Of a stretch of 64,000 nt of DNA, positions 1 to 12,300 are shown one piece after another (position 1 is the stretch's first letter; each line of letters begins with the position of its first letter). The DNA lies in assembly GCA_964036045.1 (NCBI GenBank), contig OZ038378.1, positions 31,062,001-31,126,000 of the forward strand, given 5' to 3'. The position numbers and the translations under genes were made by a program. The notes beneath the pieces are model-generated. The model saw only the letters and a program-made list of their open reading frames with translations. It was not told where the DNA came from and made no database searches. Origin of the DNA: Eutreptiella sp. 'Long Island Sound 2002'. Its lineage: Eukaryota; Protista; Euglenida.

Positions 1-1900
1 TACCGATCCGACGTTTGTCCTCGGTTCTTGCTGTGTCATACCATTCCTTCATGCATCGGGCCCAATCCTCCCAACTTTCCACCCACACATTCCTGAACGT
101 TGGTTCCCACTTTGGGCATTGGATCAACATCTTGTATACTGTTGTTCCATGTGTTTGCCCGCACAGGGGACACTTTGCTTGCCCTTTCTCCCATGGTGCC
201 CCCGCCCCCTGTTATCGAATGTTGCCCCATAGCCACGTGATCCACGTCATGCGTCTTGTTCCTTCGAGTGGCAACCACCTTTTCCTGTGGGTCCCTCCCC
301 ATGTTGACTCATGGCGGTACTCCATGATCCATTTCTTGGCTCGTGTGGGCGCGGCGCCATTGCAAATTGTGCTACTATCCACCCCACCCTCTGGTGCCTT
401 GGGCGAGGGCAGTTGAGTTGCCATTTTTGCCAACTTATCAACAACATCGTGTCATATTTCCTTCTTCTCCTCCGCGTAATGATAATGATGATAATGTTTG
501 ATGTTTCGGTGGGTTGGTATCCATCGCCACAGCAGTTGCTTCTTTGACTGGTGCATCTCAATGACTTTGCGCAGGGCGCTATCCGAACATACCCTGCGCG
601 GCTGTATGGCACCGTAATCCACCACCGCTTTGTTGTGTATCACTAGCTTCTCCCCTGGGCTCGCCAAATAGCATACCATTGCTTCTCCGTGCGGTTCTGC
701 CCTGTGCGATGTTGGTGGTCCAATTTCCCTAGCAATTACTTCTAGCTACCCACATTTGATGCCCACTCCTGCCTTTTGATCCTATTTACTGCCATAACCG
801 TACCACATCATGCCTGATTTTTATTTTCCATTAGTATAACATACCACATCATTTACAATAATTTGATAGAACCTTACTGGCACGGTGCCCGTTTCATCCA
901 CATCCAGGAGACCCGCATTGCCATGATATGGTGCACGGTACTCTGCCAGGCCCACAGCCCACCACTTTTTCGTGGGCCCTTAGTATGTCCTCATCTTCCG
1001 AATCCTCCTCATCAAACAGCCCCGGTCCAACTTGTGGTCACCGCCTCTCTCCCATTTGCAGTGGTACCGTGCCTCCCATTTGTTCCACTATGTAGACATT
1101 GTCCCTTAGTGGTGCCATGGTGTAGTGTATGGGTTTTTAGGTCGCCTTGGTGATCGCAAGGTCTGGGTCCCGTATTGTTTGTTGCATGATCATGATATAC
1201 CTGGCCCCATAGGCTCCCCAAATTTGATGGAGGCCCAGTTCTCCCTTCCTTTGTGCCGCCACAACGTGAGTGGCGTTGTACCTTGGGTCCACCCCCTTGG
1301 CCATGGTCATGAAATCCCTCACTCGTTGGTCCACTTTATGGAATATCCTGTCATGGGGCACAAACAAGGAATGGTATAGTCACCTAGGGATCAACACCGC
1401 ATTCACTAGTTGTACACGCTCAAATGCATTCAACAGTAAGTGCTAGTACCTGTTCAAATCACTCTTGACTTTCACCATGATTTGTGACCGTGCCAAAGAT
1501 GCATGTGCTGTGCGTTATCAGTTGGCCTAGGTGACTAAGAACTGGAGACGTTGTCTTAATGTGTTGTCCATCCCACACGCTGCGTGTGGACAATGGTCTT
1601 GGTGCCCAGTGATACAGTTTCGTCTTGCCTGGGTAAACCTTAAACCCCAGGACGTCCACTCATTCTAATATCCTCCTCATGGTCGCTTTCAACTGTGGTA
1701 GGTTGTCTGCTACAATGGCGATGTCATCCCTGTCTGGCGTCAGCTTCACCAAGCATGTACTACGCTTGGGGCAAGGTAGCTTGCCCTTCATAAAGCTCGG
1801 CCTTGTGCCAAGCATCACGGGCTTTTTGGCGAGCCCAACCCTCTTTCAAGCTATTCCGTTTACCTTTGGAGGTGGGTTGCGCGGCATGTGAGGCAAGAGA
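1..1900 (-). mobile_element. Degraded non-LTR retrotransposon (LINE) 3' part: RT, RNase H and a C-terminal Cys/His motif
   Basis: Minus-strand motifs in LINE order: DDIAIVA (~1708-1728), GFKVYPGKT and SHLG (RT domains 6-7), GELGL, then RNase H C-terminal WRWIPTH...DVVDKLAKMA (~420-530), then CPLCG..H......C. Many stops and frameshifts. Confidence 0.75.
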
Positions 1901-4749
1901 GCTAGACATATTGTGAAGACGGGGCTAACAGGAGAGGGACAAGCCCTAGAGTGTAACGCAAAGGACTTAAGCCAGCTATGATGAGATAGCCTGTCGCGCT
2001 ACAGGCGCGCTCACCTCCGTAGATCGGGCCCACTCAAGCGAGGGAGGGTAGCCGCATCATGCAAGACATCCGGCGACACTCTTCCCCCCTGTGTTAGCCC
2101 ATGCTTCGTGCAACAATGTGCCCTCCTCACAGTGAATGACGAATGTTTGTGTGTCAGACTCAGCCTCATCTGTAGTCGTTGTGCTCGAGTGGTATTCCGG
2201 CCATTTGACCCTTCTAAAGTGTCCGGGGGTTATGTTGTATGCTTCGCATGTGCTGTGGTTTTTGTTACTCGTGATGTTTGCCACTAAGCTGTTTTCACGG
2301 AGAATGCCCTGGCGTTGCCTCAGGCCCTGCCCTTCCGCATCCCCGCAATGCGCGGTGGCTGCGCTGTCATTTGCGGCACCGTGGGGAAACTTTGGCACGG
2401 CGGTAGTTGGCTGGGTGCAACCCAACACTTCACCCACGCTGTGTCCGTGTTTGCCTGCTTTTGTGGCAGTGTCTTTGGGACGGCTCCTTGCTTCTTAGTC
2501 TACCATGCCCTCGCTACTTGCGGCGCTCACTGACCTGCCTCGCCGGTTTTTGCATTTTTCGGAGCCCAATATTGTACCGCGCTTACAGTCTCTCCTGTTT
2601 GACTTCATAGCAGATGGCTCCTTGCAGACTCTTCACCAGGCTATCCAAGCGATGGGGGACACTACCACCAAGACCTCTGTGCATCTCTGCGACTCATGGT
2701 GGTGGTTGGCGCCGGAAGGGGAGTTATAGGCCGTCAGCAACTTGCAGGCGACCTTCACCATGAATGGGGTGCTTGTGACCGTCAATGCGGACGTCAAGGC
2801 GCCCACAGGTGTACACATCATCTCCCACTGTCTTGTCGCCATCGCGTAGTCCTTGCTACTGTTGGTTTTTGCCCAAGCGGTTGATGCCAATTCTTGGGAG
2901 CTACTCCTATGGTGTTACCCGTCGTTCCAACGCACATATGGAAATTTGTTTAGGGCCCGGCTTCAGCAGCTTTTGAGCCTCGCTAATCTTGATCAAAAGC
3001 CATAGTTTCGGTGCACTCAATACTCCAATTTGGTTGTGGACCCCATCTCACAATGGCTACCATCACAGTTATGGGCGCCGTGGGCAGAGTGGCACAAGAA
3101 GGATGCGGTGGGACAATGCGCCCCAATTTTGGACATGCCCACCCGTCTGCTGAATGTTCCAAATGTCGCAACAAATATCCTCCACCAACTCTACCCACGC
3201 ATCCTCTAGTGGGCCGCTCATCGCGGCCACCCCGCCAAAGAAATTTCCTACGGGGTTCCCCACTCATATTAAGGTGCAACGTGTCCTGGCAGGACAAGCA
3301 CCACACATCATGGAGGCCTCTACTTCAGAAGACCTAGATCGGTAGATCCTTGACCCGCTTCCCCCCCCATGGGCACTGGCGTCGGTTCTCGCGCTTCACC
3401 CGGCGTCCGGTTTGCGCAGTCCTATGGGTCTGTGTACCATGCAAGGGCTCATCGGTACCCCCGTGTCCCCGAGCTCTCATTGGCGGCTTGGACCGCGCCG
3501 GGAGCCCACCAAACGCCTGCGGACAGTCCCGGCACTCAATTGAAGTTGGGCAGGTTCCTGCGTAATGATGGCGTAACCACCCCGACAATGGGGTTTGTGG
3601 CCTGGTCTTCCCGGGAATCGGTAGAGAAGCTGGCCGATAATGACTCCGTGCAGATAGACCTGCTGTCGCAGTTCGAAGCAGCGGCTTCGATGGAGGTCAC
3701 CCGGGATGCTGGCGTGCAACTCCTCCATGTGACGGAAGAACATTGACAAGTTTGCGACAAACTCCACGTGCTTGAAGATGCACTATAGTAGGCACGCCGA
3801 CATCTAGACCACCAAAAACAAGTGCACACTGCTGTATCGATTCGCAAGCTACATTGAGCGATCTTTTTTTTGTAGTTGCAAGTTACCAAGTTGGTGCAAA
3901 CCTTCGATTGCAAGCGCACCGCGGATGCTAACCATGGGATAATGGACGCGCCACCATCCACCCTGCTTCCCCCTGCCCGCAAGCTACCTCAGTAGGGCAC
4001 CCATGTCCCGGAAGTTTTGCCGACCCCCCCCAAAAAGCTCCGTCCGACACTTTGCCCTCACACGCTGCTAGCGCTACTTACGGCTTGGGTGGCCCGAGGC
4101 TCTTTGTCTATCAGTGAACTACAGCTTTTTTCAATGCAGTTTGAATCCGTGTTGGAGATGCCTCCACCGTTGTTGCCTCATGTCGGAAAGTACCCCAGTT
4201 TTGATCCCATCGTGGACCTCACAAGACTCGAAAGCGACAATGCGGAGCCTAGATCAGGCGACGTGGCTGGCCCTCCTTCTTGGACCCACTAGAAGGTCTC
4301 GGTGACCCGGGGCCTGCTCCGGACACCTCCAAACTAGTGCTCAACGGATTTCTTACCTGGTTAAACACGGTGGAGGATAAACAGATGGATGGATTGGCAC
4401 GAGCCTTCCATCTCAACATGCAGCTAGCGGGATGTGTCATCTCTAGCTTTCCCCATGACTCTTTGCGACATCACCGGGAAAAGCTCCGCTCCTCCCTGCC
4501 CCTAACCCCGGTGGTTTCCCAAGCCATTGCATTTAGCTGTTGTGTCCGGCTAAAGCCCTGCGGTGCAAGCACACAGAACTAACGAGTCCGCGGGTTCCCG
4601 AAGCTCCGGGGGGTGGACACATGCTGACCCGCACAGTTCCGGTGAGTTGCCATGTCCCGTGGTGGGCGATGTCATATCTGCCAATTCAACCTATGTTTTC
4701 CTAAGTCCCGGCTAGTTTCCTGTGCTCCCACTTTCAAGATGACCTGTAC

Positions 4750-5950
4750 ACGGTTCTAGACGATTATGTGCGGGCGGAGGTGGCCTTCGCTAACCTTGGT
4801 GTCCGCGAGGAAGCCAGAGCCGTAGTAGACCAAGGGGGCTCCCTCGCTTGCAGTGGCCGGAGAGTGCAGTGAAAAAAGTGCTATAGATAGCCGTGGGCGC
4901 CGTACACTGGCAGAGGCAAGGGTGGTGCGGCCGACCGTCGGCCTTGATGGCCCAAGCGGCTCCACCTGCGCGGAGTAGGGGGTCTACCGCCCCCGCCCCC
5001 ACAGCTCCCAACACCGTCGCGGTGGTCGGGACTAGCAAGTCTGGTGACTAGAAACATGATAAACGCCCGCGTTCCAAGGAACACCGGAGGTGGCATTCCC
5101 CTTCCTGAGAACACCGGCACCCAAGGCATAGTGAATGTAGGCGCTCTTGCTTGCCCCCCCCCCCCCACCCCACCCCACTCCATCCCACCGGTTGTCCCGG
5201 CATGTGGGTTTGTATCACGGTGACTTGTGTGTCCGGAATCCCATGACATCTCAAGCCGCGCCCGTGTTCCAATACGGATCTGCGTTTGGCTACATGCCTT
5301 CTCATGGTACTGTGACTACGTCTCACTGCGCCCACCCCTCCTTGGCCTTTTTTACTTCGCGAACTGCCGGTGCGTTGAGCCAGCACCGGAGATCTGCCCT
5401 CACAAAGTCATGTAATACCCGTGTCGTTGACAAGACTAATCTTGGAATAGTATAAAGAGCGCGGAGGTCCAAAAACACCCTCCGCCAAAGCCGTCATGAC
5501 AGCTACAAAATGTCGATACGTGTCCGGAAGAGCTATTGGGGTTGAAGAGAGCAAAGCTGCACAACCGTCTGCGAAAAGTTGCTGCTATCTCTAGGAGACA
5601 CCAATGCCCATTGTAGATCGGGCCCGTCTTAGGGTGTTGCCCATGGTGGGCAGGGCCGGCAGTGTGAAGAGGCGTAACCGCTCGGGTTAGTGATCATACG
5701 GAAAAACAACCTCACGCTCCACACAAACAACACTCACATCGCCGGACGTTGTCCGGCCGAGAAAGAAATCCGGCACACCCACAAATCATTGGGCACTGAC
5801 CCATGTGGGCCCCTGCATACCATATTCAAAGGGTTGCAAATGCACGTCATCTATAAACTCTAGTAGGACGGGGGCAATCTCTGGATATACCTAACTTGGA
5901 TACACAATTTCTTGACCACCGTGGATTGCACTAGAAGTCCCCGCCCGGCA
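4750..5950 (-). mobile_element. Possible degraded retroelement fragment (RT-like and tyrosine-recombinase-like motifs; DIRS/Ngaro-like?)
   Basis: FIDD at 5846-5857 and LLRAGGAAWA at 4949-4975, both on the minus strand. No continuous ORF, and the spacing is too short for an intact element. Confidence 0.25.
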
Positions 5951-7639
5951 GCACTAGTCTTGAATCTGGAGCAACATGTGGGCGCGGCCACTGAAGCAAC
6001 AACCGATACTCATTAGCCGTCCCTTTGGGTACATGTACACATTGACTATCTAGATGGGAGTGCCGCGGCAAGTGACTTCGAGCACGATGGCTATGCCATC
6101 CGGGAGGTGGATGGCTATGCCATCTGGGAGGTGTGTAAAATCACCAATGTGCAATTGGGAGTCCCGCCGGACCAGCATTGCCACGCCGGCCAACGAGGAA
6201 GAGACCGGCGTGCAAATCCGTTGGCCAAAACGCCCACCTTTTGAAGCGAAACAACAACCGGGGAACCAACTAGTGCAGCGATTTGCGCAAGGCGACCATT
6301 TTCGTTTTTACAGTTCGCTCTACGTTCAGGGTTAGCAGTTCAAAAGTGACCTAGCGCGCGACCTCTGGACTAGAGTTCACTTCTAGCTCACTTACGTTGG
6401 CCAACGTGGCTTGCAACCGGCGAAGAGACCCGATGATAGGGCTTTTTCACCCTCCGCAAAAACGCCAAAGGGTAACGGGGTCAAGGACATTCGGCAAAAG
6501 GGTGGGGGACCGGGTAGTGACCGTCGCAAAACCAAGCCTTTCTCCGACAAAAACGTCGGGAGGCAAGTAGTACACTCGGCCTGACTGTAGTGGAAAAGTT
6601 CGTTCCCCGGCACCGTGCCGACGCAAACGTGCCGTGGCTTGCCTGAAAAGTTGGTAGACCAGACAGTGGGAACTGCACAGAGCCCGGAGTCCTGTGTAGT
6701 CAAACAGGCCGCGAGCCAAAATAATGTCAATCAAAGCACCTGGCATTGGCAAAAGAGAGGCTAGTGGCAAGGGTAGGGACACAAACCCTATGAGCCTCCA
6801 ATCGTCTACTAAATATCCCCACTGCTGGTCACCAGTGACGGGAGGCAAGGTCAACACACGATTGGTCGCGGGTGTGAGCGACACTAGGGTTCTTGGGGGC
6901 GGAAAATTTCTATTCCTACACAAGCTGTTAGCTTGGCGGGGGGGGGGTTGGGGGGGGGGGGGGGGGGCAATATTGCCTATTGGACCGTTTCCCGGGGAGG
7001 GAAGGAGGCTGTGTGAATGTTGGGATGCGCAAGGCAGTCTGCCAGGAGTGGGAAGTGGTAAGGCTAGAGCACTCCTTGGGGGTGGTCCCCTTTGCTCGCC
7101 CGTAGGGCGTCTCGGGACCACCGAAGTCTGACTCTCGTCGCCTACTGTGTAAGTTGTTCACCCCGTGCATTGAACCTACGTACGTTGGCGGCCGCTTGGT
7201 CCCCCCCCGAGCACCTGGCAACGGTGGGCCTTGATGAGTTTCGAGCCTGGCATTTACGCCCTATCGTTCGTTGAACCGTGGCCTATCTTCGTCTGGTCAT
7301 TCCCTGGCGTGTGACGATTTTCCCCCCCTCTCCATGTTATCGTACACTTCTCACGGTGCATTTTGCGCAAACCCCGGAAGTCCACGCCTTTTCGAGATTT
7401 TGTGGAATACTATATGCTGGAGTGGTTACACTATGCGCAGTTGCAATGGGTTGTGGGCTTCATCCGCAATGTCGCGCATGTAGCACCGTTGGACATACCG
7501 GTCCACGGTAATTTCTACGCCTTACTGAGTAAGACCCTGCATGGTCCTATAGTGAATGGTCGCCCAAGAAAGTAGCCTTCTGGTGGGAGTACAAATGCTG
7601 CGGAGGGGGGAAACGCTCGGACATGTGAACACATTCAGC

Positions 7640-8347
7640 TAGTAGATGTACCAAGCCAGTGCCCAGATAGTCTGTTCAATGGGAGCGGAGAGCCATGATG
7701 AAAGATTTTGTCCGTGAAATTCCCCCGTCTTTCTCAAACTACGGACAATAGCACAAGAAATGCGGGGTGACCCCCAAATCACGCTCTTGACACGAAGCAA
7801 AACCCGTGACGTGTACACCTCCGCCACGTAAGAGTGTCTAGGTGACATGGGATGGCCACAGGGTACACGGTCCAGGTGAGGGTGTGCAAGCACACCACAG
7901 CGAAAGCCCCTCCGCCACGATGGGAGCGGAACCACGAACCATCCGTGACAAAGGCTACGTGTAGCGGAACAACAGTGATCACCGGGAAATCGGGCAACAA
8001 CGGGACTAACACCCCGTGCCACAGAGAAAGGTGCTCCAAGTGCCACTGCCAAGGAGCAGCAGTGGCCAACCAACAGGATGTGCATCGCTCAAGCTGCAAT
8101 AGCCAGCATCCATCCGTTCACGGATGGTGATTGTTTGCCACACATGCACTGCTCTACACATGGTGTGATTGATCCTTTGTTCCGGAAGCACCGGAGGGAA
8201 CAAAATTTGGAAACCAGGGACGTGCATGTAGAACACCAAACGGTCATGATCCGTGCTGTGTGCACGACACGGACGTGAGAGACCCTGTCGAACACAAGGC
8301 ATGTCTAGATGGCAACATTGCATTGCCTCAGACAATCCCTGTTTACG
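7640..8347 (-). mobile_element. LINE fragment with RNase H N-terminal half
   Basis: FVTDGSW...GGGAFAVV (~7900-7950) followed after a frameshift by YVAEVY (~7815-7830); Cys-rich segment upstream. Confidence 0.6.
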
Positions 8348-9577
8348 CTTCATGGACACATGGAAGGAGTTGGTCAAGCCGCTTGCGCTAGATCGACCCG
8401 TGTCCGTGGTGGACCGCCCCCAAGAAGCAGCCGCCCTTGGCCGTTGCAATCATGGGCCCGCTACATCCAATCGCGTCCACCCCTTGTTGACACCATGGAT
8501 TGGAAACGGCCGCTCACTTTCCTCCTCTGTGGGGATGCCTACCCGTGCGCCGGTGGAAGTTGGACCCAGCTTTCCATTGGGCTCCTCAACCACGGCGCAC
8601 GGGGCCGAACACCCGCCTACGTATGGGTCATTGGTTTGGCCGTATGCGGGGACAAGGACATGGCCGCGCTCGTGACAATATGGTCCAAGAACCTGCAGGT
8701 ATACGGTCGTTTTGCTCCGCTTTCGTTTTGGCGTTCATTTTCCGAGGTTAATACTTGATATTTCGCAACAATTAACGCAAACTGAAAAATTAATCCAATA
8801 TTAACCTCGAAAAATTAATTGAAAAATTAACCCCCGTTTGTCCGTAGGTGTTGCAGTCCGTCCACGACTGCAAGAAGTTCTATTGGGGCACGAAGTAAGT
8901 GCCCGCTGAGTTGGTCATCGGGGGTGGCCAACCCTTCGTGAGGCACCTCATTGGCGTCTTCATATCGCCCATGGTGGGTTCCATTTACAATATGGGTGTG
9001 TGGGACAAGGTTGCGGGAGCGTGGGTGAAGTCGGACGTCTGCCGCACATTGGAGGGGGAGGTGGTGGCCCGTCACCTCCATTGGGAGACGGGCCTCAATT
9101 TGGAGAATGGGGGGTGCGTAGGTGAGCCGCACGTTGTGGTGGAGCGCTGCTTGGTCTTCCCATGCAGGCCTCCGTTGTTGCATGGCCACGGGCCGCCTCC
9201 AAGTGGCCTTCGCTGTGGCCTGCCTAGGGGACCTTCCCTAGGACAATGCTGTGGCCGTGCAACGCGTGCTCTACCGGGCTCGCACCGGCGTCCGGTTTGG
9301 GGTCTCGGCTTCGCCAGGCGGAGAGGAGGCACGGGCGTTGTTCCTCACACGGGAGGAATTCGCGCCCCTATGAGCCTACGCCCCGGAGGACGATGAGTGG
9401 CAAGCGGTGGTTGCCATGCGGAACCTTCTCCGGGACTTGTACTCGGATACCCCACCGCGCGCCGACCTACGGGCCGCGGAGGTCGTGCGGGCATACCGCC
9501 TGCATTGTTGCCAGGCCGGCTGCCAATCGAATCACCTCTTCTACTTGGAGGAGGATGTGACATTGGCGGTGGCTAAC
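8348..9577 (+). pseudogene. Transib/RAG1-like or CMC-like DDE transposase (gene X), copy 1; partial, 2 exons (8348-8698, 8848-9577), intron 8699-8847
   Basis: KNLQ|GT...AG|VLQSVHD phase-0 splice. Motifs LLCGDAYP, ELVIGGGQPFVRHLIG, PPLLH, GEEARALF, NHLFYLEEDV. In-frame TAA and a frameshift are present. Confidence 0.7.
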
Positions 9578-10077
9578 AACATGAAGGCACGCACGCACGC
9601 ACGGCGTGGCTCCATGTCATTTGGCGCCCCATTTGGCGCATTTGCAGCGCCATTTGGTTTGCCCCGTCCACGGCACGGGAGACCTGGCGGTACTTGGCCA
9701 CCACGGCGGGGAGGTTGTTGCCCCTCTGATCCCGCGCGGGATCGTCGACCCCGTACCAACAATTGGTAAGGAAGGGGACAATTTTCGGGGGCTTGTGCCC
9801 AACCTTCATATTCTTGTAGACGCACAGCTCGTAGGTGCCGTCCACAATGGCCCGTGCACAATCGCCCTCTTGGGTGGACTGCTTGGCCTTTGTTAGGCCG
9901 GCATCCCGCTTGTCCTTCCTGATGAGCATCAAGTAAGGGGTCCCACGGGCCGAGAGGTCTTGTGCCATGGCATGGCTTCCGAAGAAGCTATCGGCCACGA
10001 ACACGGTCCCAGGTGGGATGAGTCGTGACCAGAGCCCCACGATGCGCTTGGCATCGAAGTTCCCCGCACACGACCCA
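9577..10077 (-). pseudogene. piggyBac-type transposase fragment, copy 1
   Basis: VFVADSFFGS and KYRQVSRAVDGANQM match the 2nd and 3rd catalytic Asp motifs of piggyBac (DDE_Tnp_1_7-type) transposases. Confidence 0.88.
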
Positions 10078-10084
10078 AACCGCC

Positions 10085-11050
10085 GGAGTGCTGCGACGGA
10101 CCAAGACATTTGCATGCCTCAACCGCTTTTGATACCCTTGCACGAACTAGTGTATCACGATGACCACCGCCGGGTCTGCCCCTGCCCATCCAAAGGCTAG
10201 TGGCTGAAAAACCTATGAAGAGGGGAGGGTATGCCAACCAGTGACAGCATGCAAAACAAAGGATGCTACCTGATCGGCCACTCTCATGTCGTTGTACGTG
10301 GGGTCAAACACCCGCCTGCCAGCGTTGCTGTCCACTGGCAACTGTTGCATACATCTCATAGGGGAAGTTGGCAGGGAGGCGAGCCCTGGCCAACGCCCAG
10401 AAGCCTGCCGGTTGGCACTGAAAAGCCCGGTATCAGGCACACATTCCTCATGCCGGCCGGCCGCTGGTCCGCACGTCCCAGCGCGGGGAGGACCGCGCAC
10501 CTAGGGAAGCCACTCATCGTGCGCCTCCGCGCATCGCGGACAGTCCCCCAAAATGTGGCCCTGTATTTCCGGCACTCGCCCAGTAAGGGCAGTAAGGGCA
10601 GTCCACTTTGTGATAGACATGCGGAAAAAGGTTGCGGCCGGCTACCCGATTATAGCCGAGCCCCTGGTGCACCGGCATGCGAGAACCCTCCATGTACACC
10701 GTGTGAGGATGGAAAGTGAGCTGGAAACCTTCATATGTGGCTATTACCAGTGACCCTTCAGGGCCTGATTAAAATGGGCTGGTCAAAGAACCTGCACGCT
10801 GAAGATTGTCTGCAAAAACTGGCAGGTCATCTTCGGAATCGATGCACCCCTAGTCTGTTGAAGGCCCCCCCTTGGCCCCCAACATAGAGGGACATGGACC
10901 AGCGCAAAAAACGCATGCACCTCCGGCACAACGTAGAAAACCATTGCCGACGCCGGGCAGCCTTGGGCCATGCTAGCTAGCAAACACGCCAAAGCTTCAC
11001 ACACACCCTCTGAATCATAACCACCCATATGCAATGTGGTGTTAGTGGTA
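10085..11050 (-). mobile_element. Degraded LINE reverse transcriptase fragment
   Basis: MAQGCPASAMVF (QGxPxSPxLF-like RT motif, ~10950) and a later HFGGL motif; heavily interrupted. Confidence 0.5.
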
Positions 11051-11059
11051 GGTAGGAGG

Positions 11060-12300
11060 AGGAGGTCAACAATTGCATCCAGGAAACCTGCCTACTGTAG
11101 CAAAAATTGCAGTATGCCGTGTACTACCGACCCGTATGTGTGCCGTACATCGTCTACCCATGCGCCTCCGCCTGTGGCAGTGGAACCACGTGTAGTGGTG
11201 TACAACACAGAGTAAATCTGACACATGGGAAGAGGCATGTAGTGCGAATTGTGTGGAGGCAGGACTCCAGACTATGCTAGAAGCGGGACATACTGGTCGG
11301 TGATGTGCGTGTTGATGAGTTTCCAAATCCTAGCTTAGTTTAGAAGTGTGCGGTGCTACATGACTTAGACCGTGGGGCAAAGGCACAAGCTTTGCGGCAA
11401 CCGCATCCCATGCCTACCCGTTACATAGAGGGCTTACAACCTCCTCAGCCCAGATTCTGGAGGGACGGGGTGCAGTGGCACAATCTCAATGTGATACCAG
11501 ATTAGTTGTTGCGCAAGCAGTATGTGATGCAGCAAGAAGTGATTTATGCTCCGGAGGTGGCGTCTTACGCCTATTATGCGTCATGTGTTACCTTAGGTGC
11601 CCTCTCATGGGGCGAGCACCTTCGGATGGTTTCCTTCAGGCACAGGTTAGACGTGCCCGGTTGTGTCACGTGCGCTTTTTGCGGTCAATGGGTCACGGCC
11701 ATGCATTTTCACAGTTGCCAATATGGAGGCCTTTGGCGAGCCATCTTGTGCACTAAATTGGCAGATGAACTGCGCCACATGGTACGTGAGTGGGAGGTGT
11801 CTCTCCCCACTTGCTGGGGAGTTCTCTACAGTGGGGAGGTGCCTACCTAGGCCTTACTATTGGCGCCGTGTCTCGCTGTCTTGTACCGTCCATGCCGTGG
11901 GTTACCATATTGTTGTGTGGCCGAGTGCTCCCAGCATTAGAGCAAGCCCTGATCCGTCACGGGGCGACCTCCAAGCAGGTTTGCGCTGCTTTAGTCACTT
12001 TTTGGAAAGAAGGTCTGCACATGTCACATACACCTCACCCTCCGCAGCTTCACGACAATGGAGACAGGCTCCTACTAGGACGGGCGCTGACGACACATCA
12101 AAAATTGCACCCGTCTGGCCATCTCCCCAAAGCCGGAAATTGGCGAGTAGTACCACACGATACAACCGCGGTGCCCCCCGCAATGCATCTACACCTTTGG
12201 CACCACTTCGGCGACACAGCCATGTACGTGCCCTAGCGGCGTCTCACACAACCGGGCACAGGACACACACACTATAGTGGTTTCACCATAGCGTCCATCT
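11060..12300 (+). mobile_element. Degraded LINE 3' part (RNase H C-terminus-like and Cys/His zinc motif)
   Basis: VRIVWRQDS...GDVRVDE-like segment (~11230-11320) and CVTCAFCGQWVTAMHFHSC (~11660-11720). Confidence 0.4.

Larger units (their letters stand above)
8348..10077. repeat. 1.73-kb inverted near-identical copy of 39045-40772
   Basis: Direct reading: the reverse complement matches 39045-40772 with only scattered substitutions and a small indel, and the ORF translations are near-identical (e.g. 9573..10115 vs 38794..39549). Confidence 0.97.

Noticed and set aside
8827-8847. TTAA followed by CCCCC (also at 40292-40295) as a piggyBac terminus
   Set aside because: It lies in the 3' end of the gene X intron just before the AG, gene X continues in frame after it, and no matching opposite TIR was found.
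11506-11850. LLRKQYVMQQ as the missing first TM exon of ABCA
   Set aside because: No transmembrane segment follows; the frame leads into a CxxC...H...C motif typical of LINE 3' ends.
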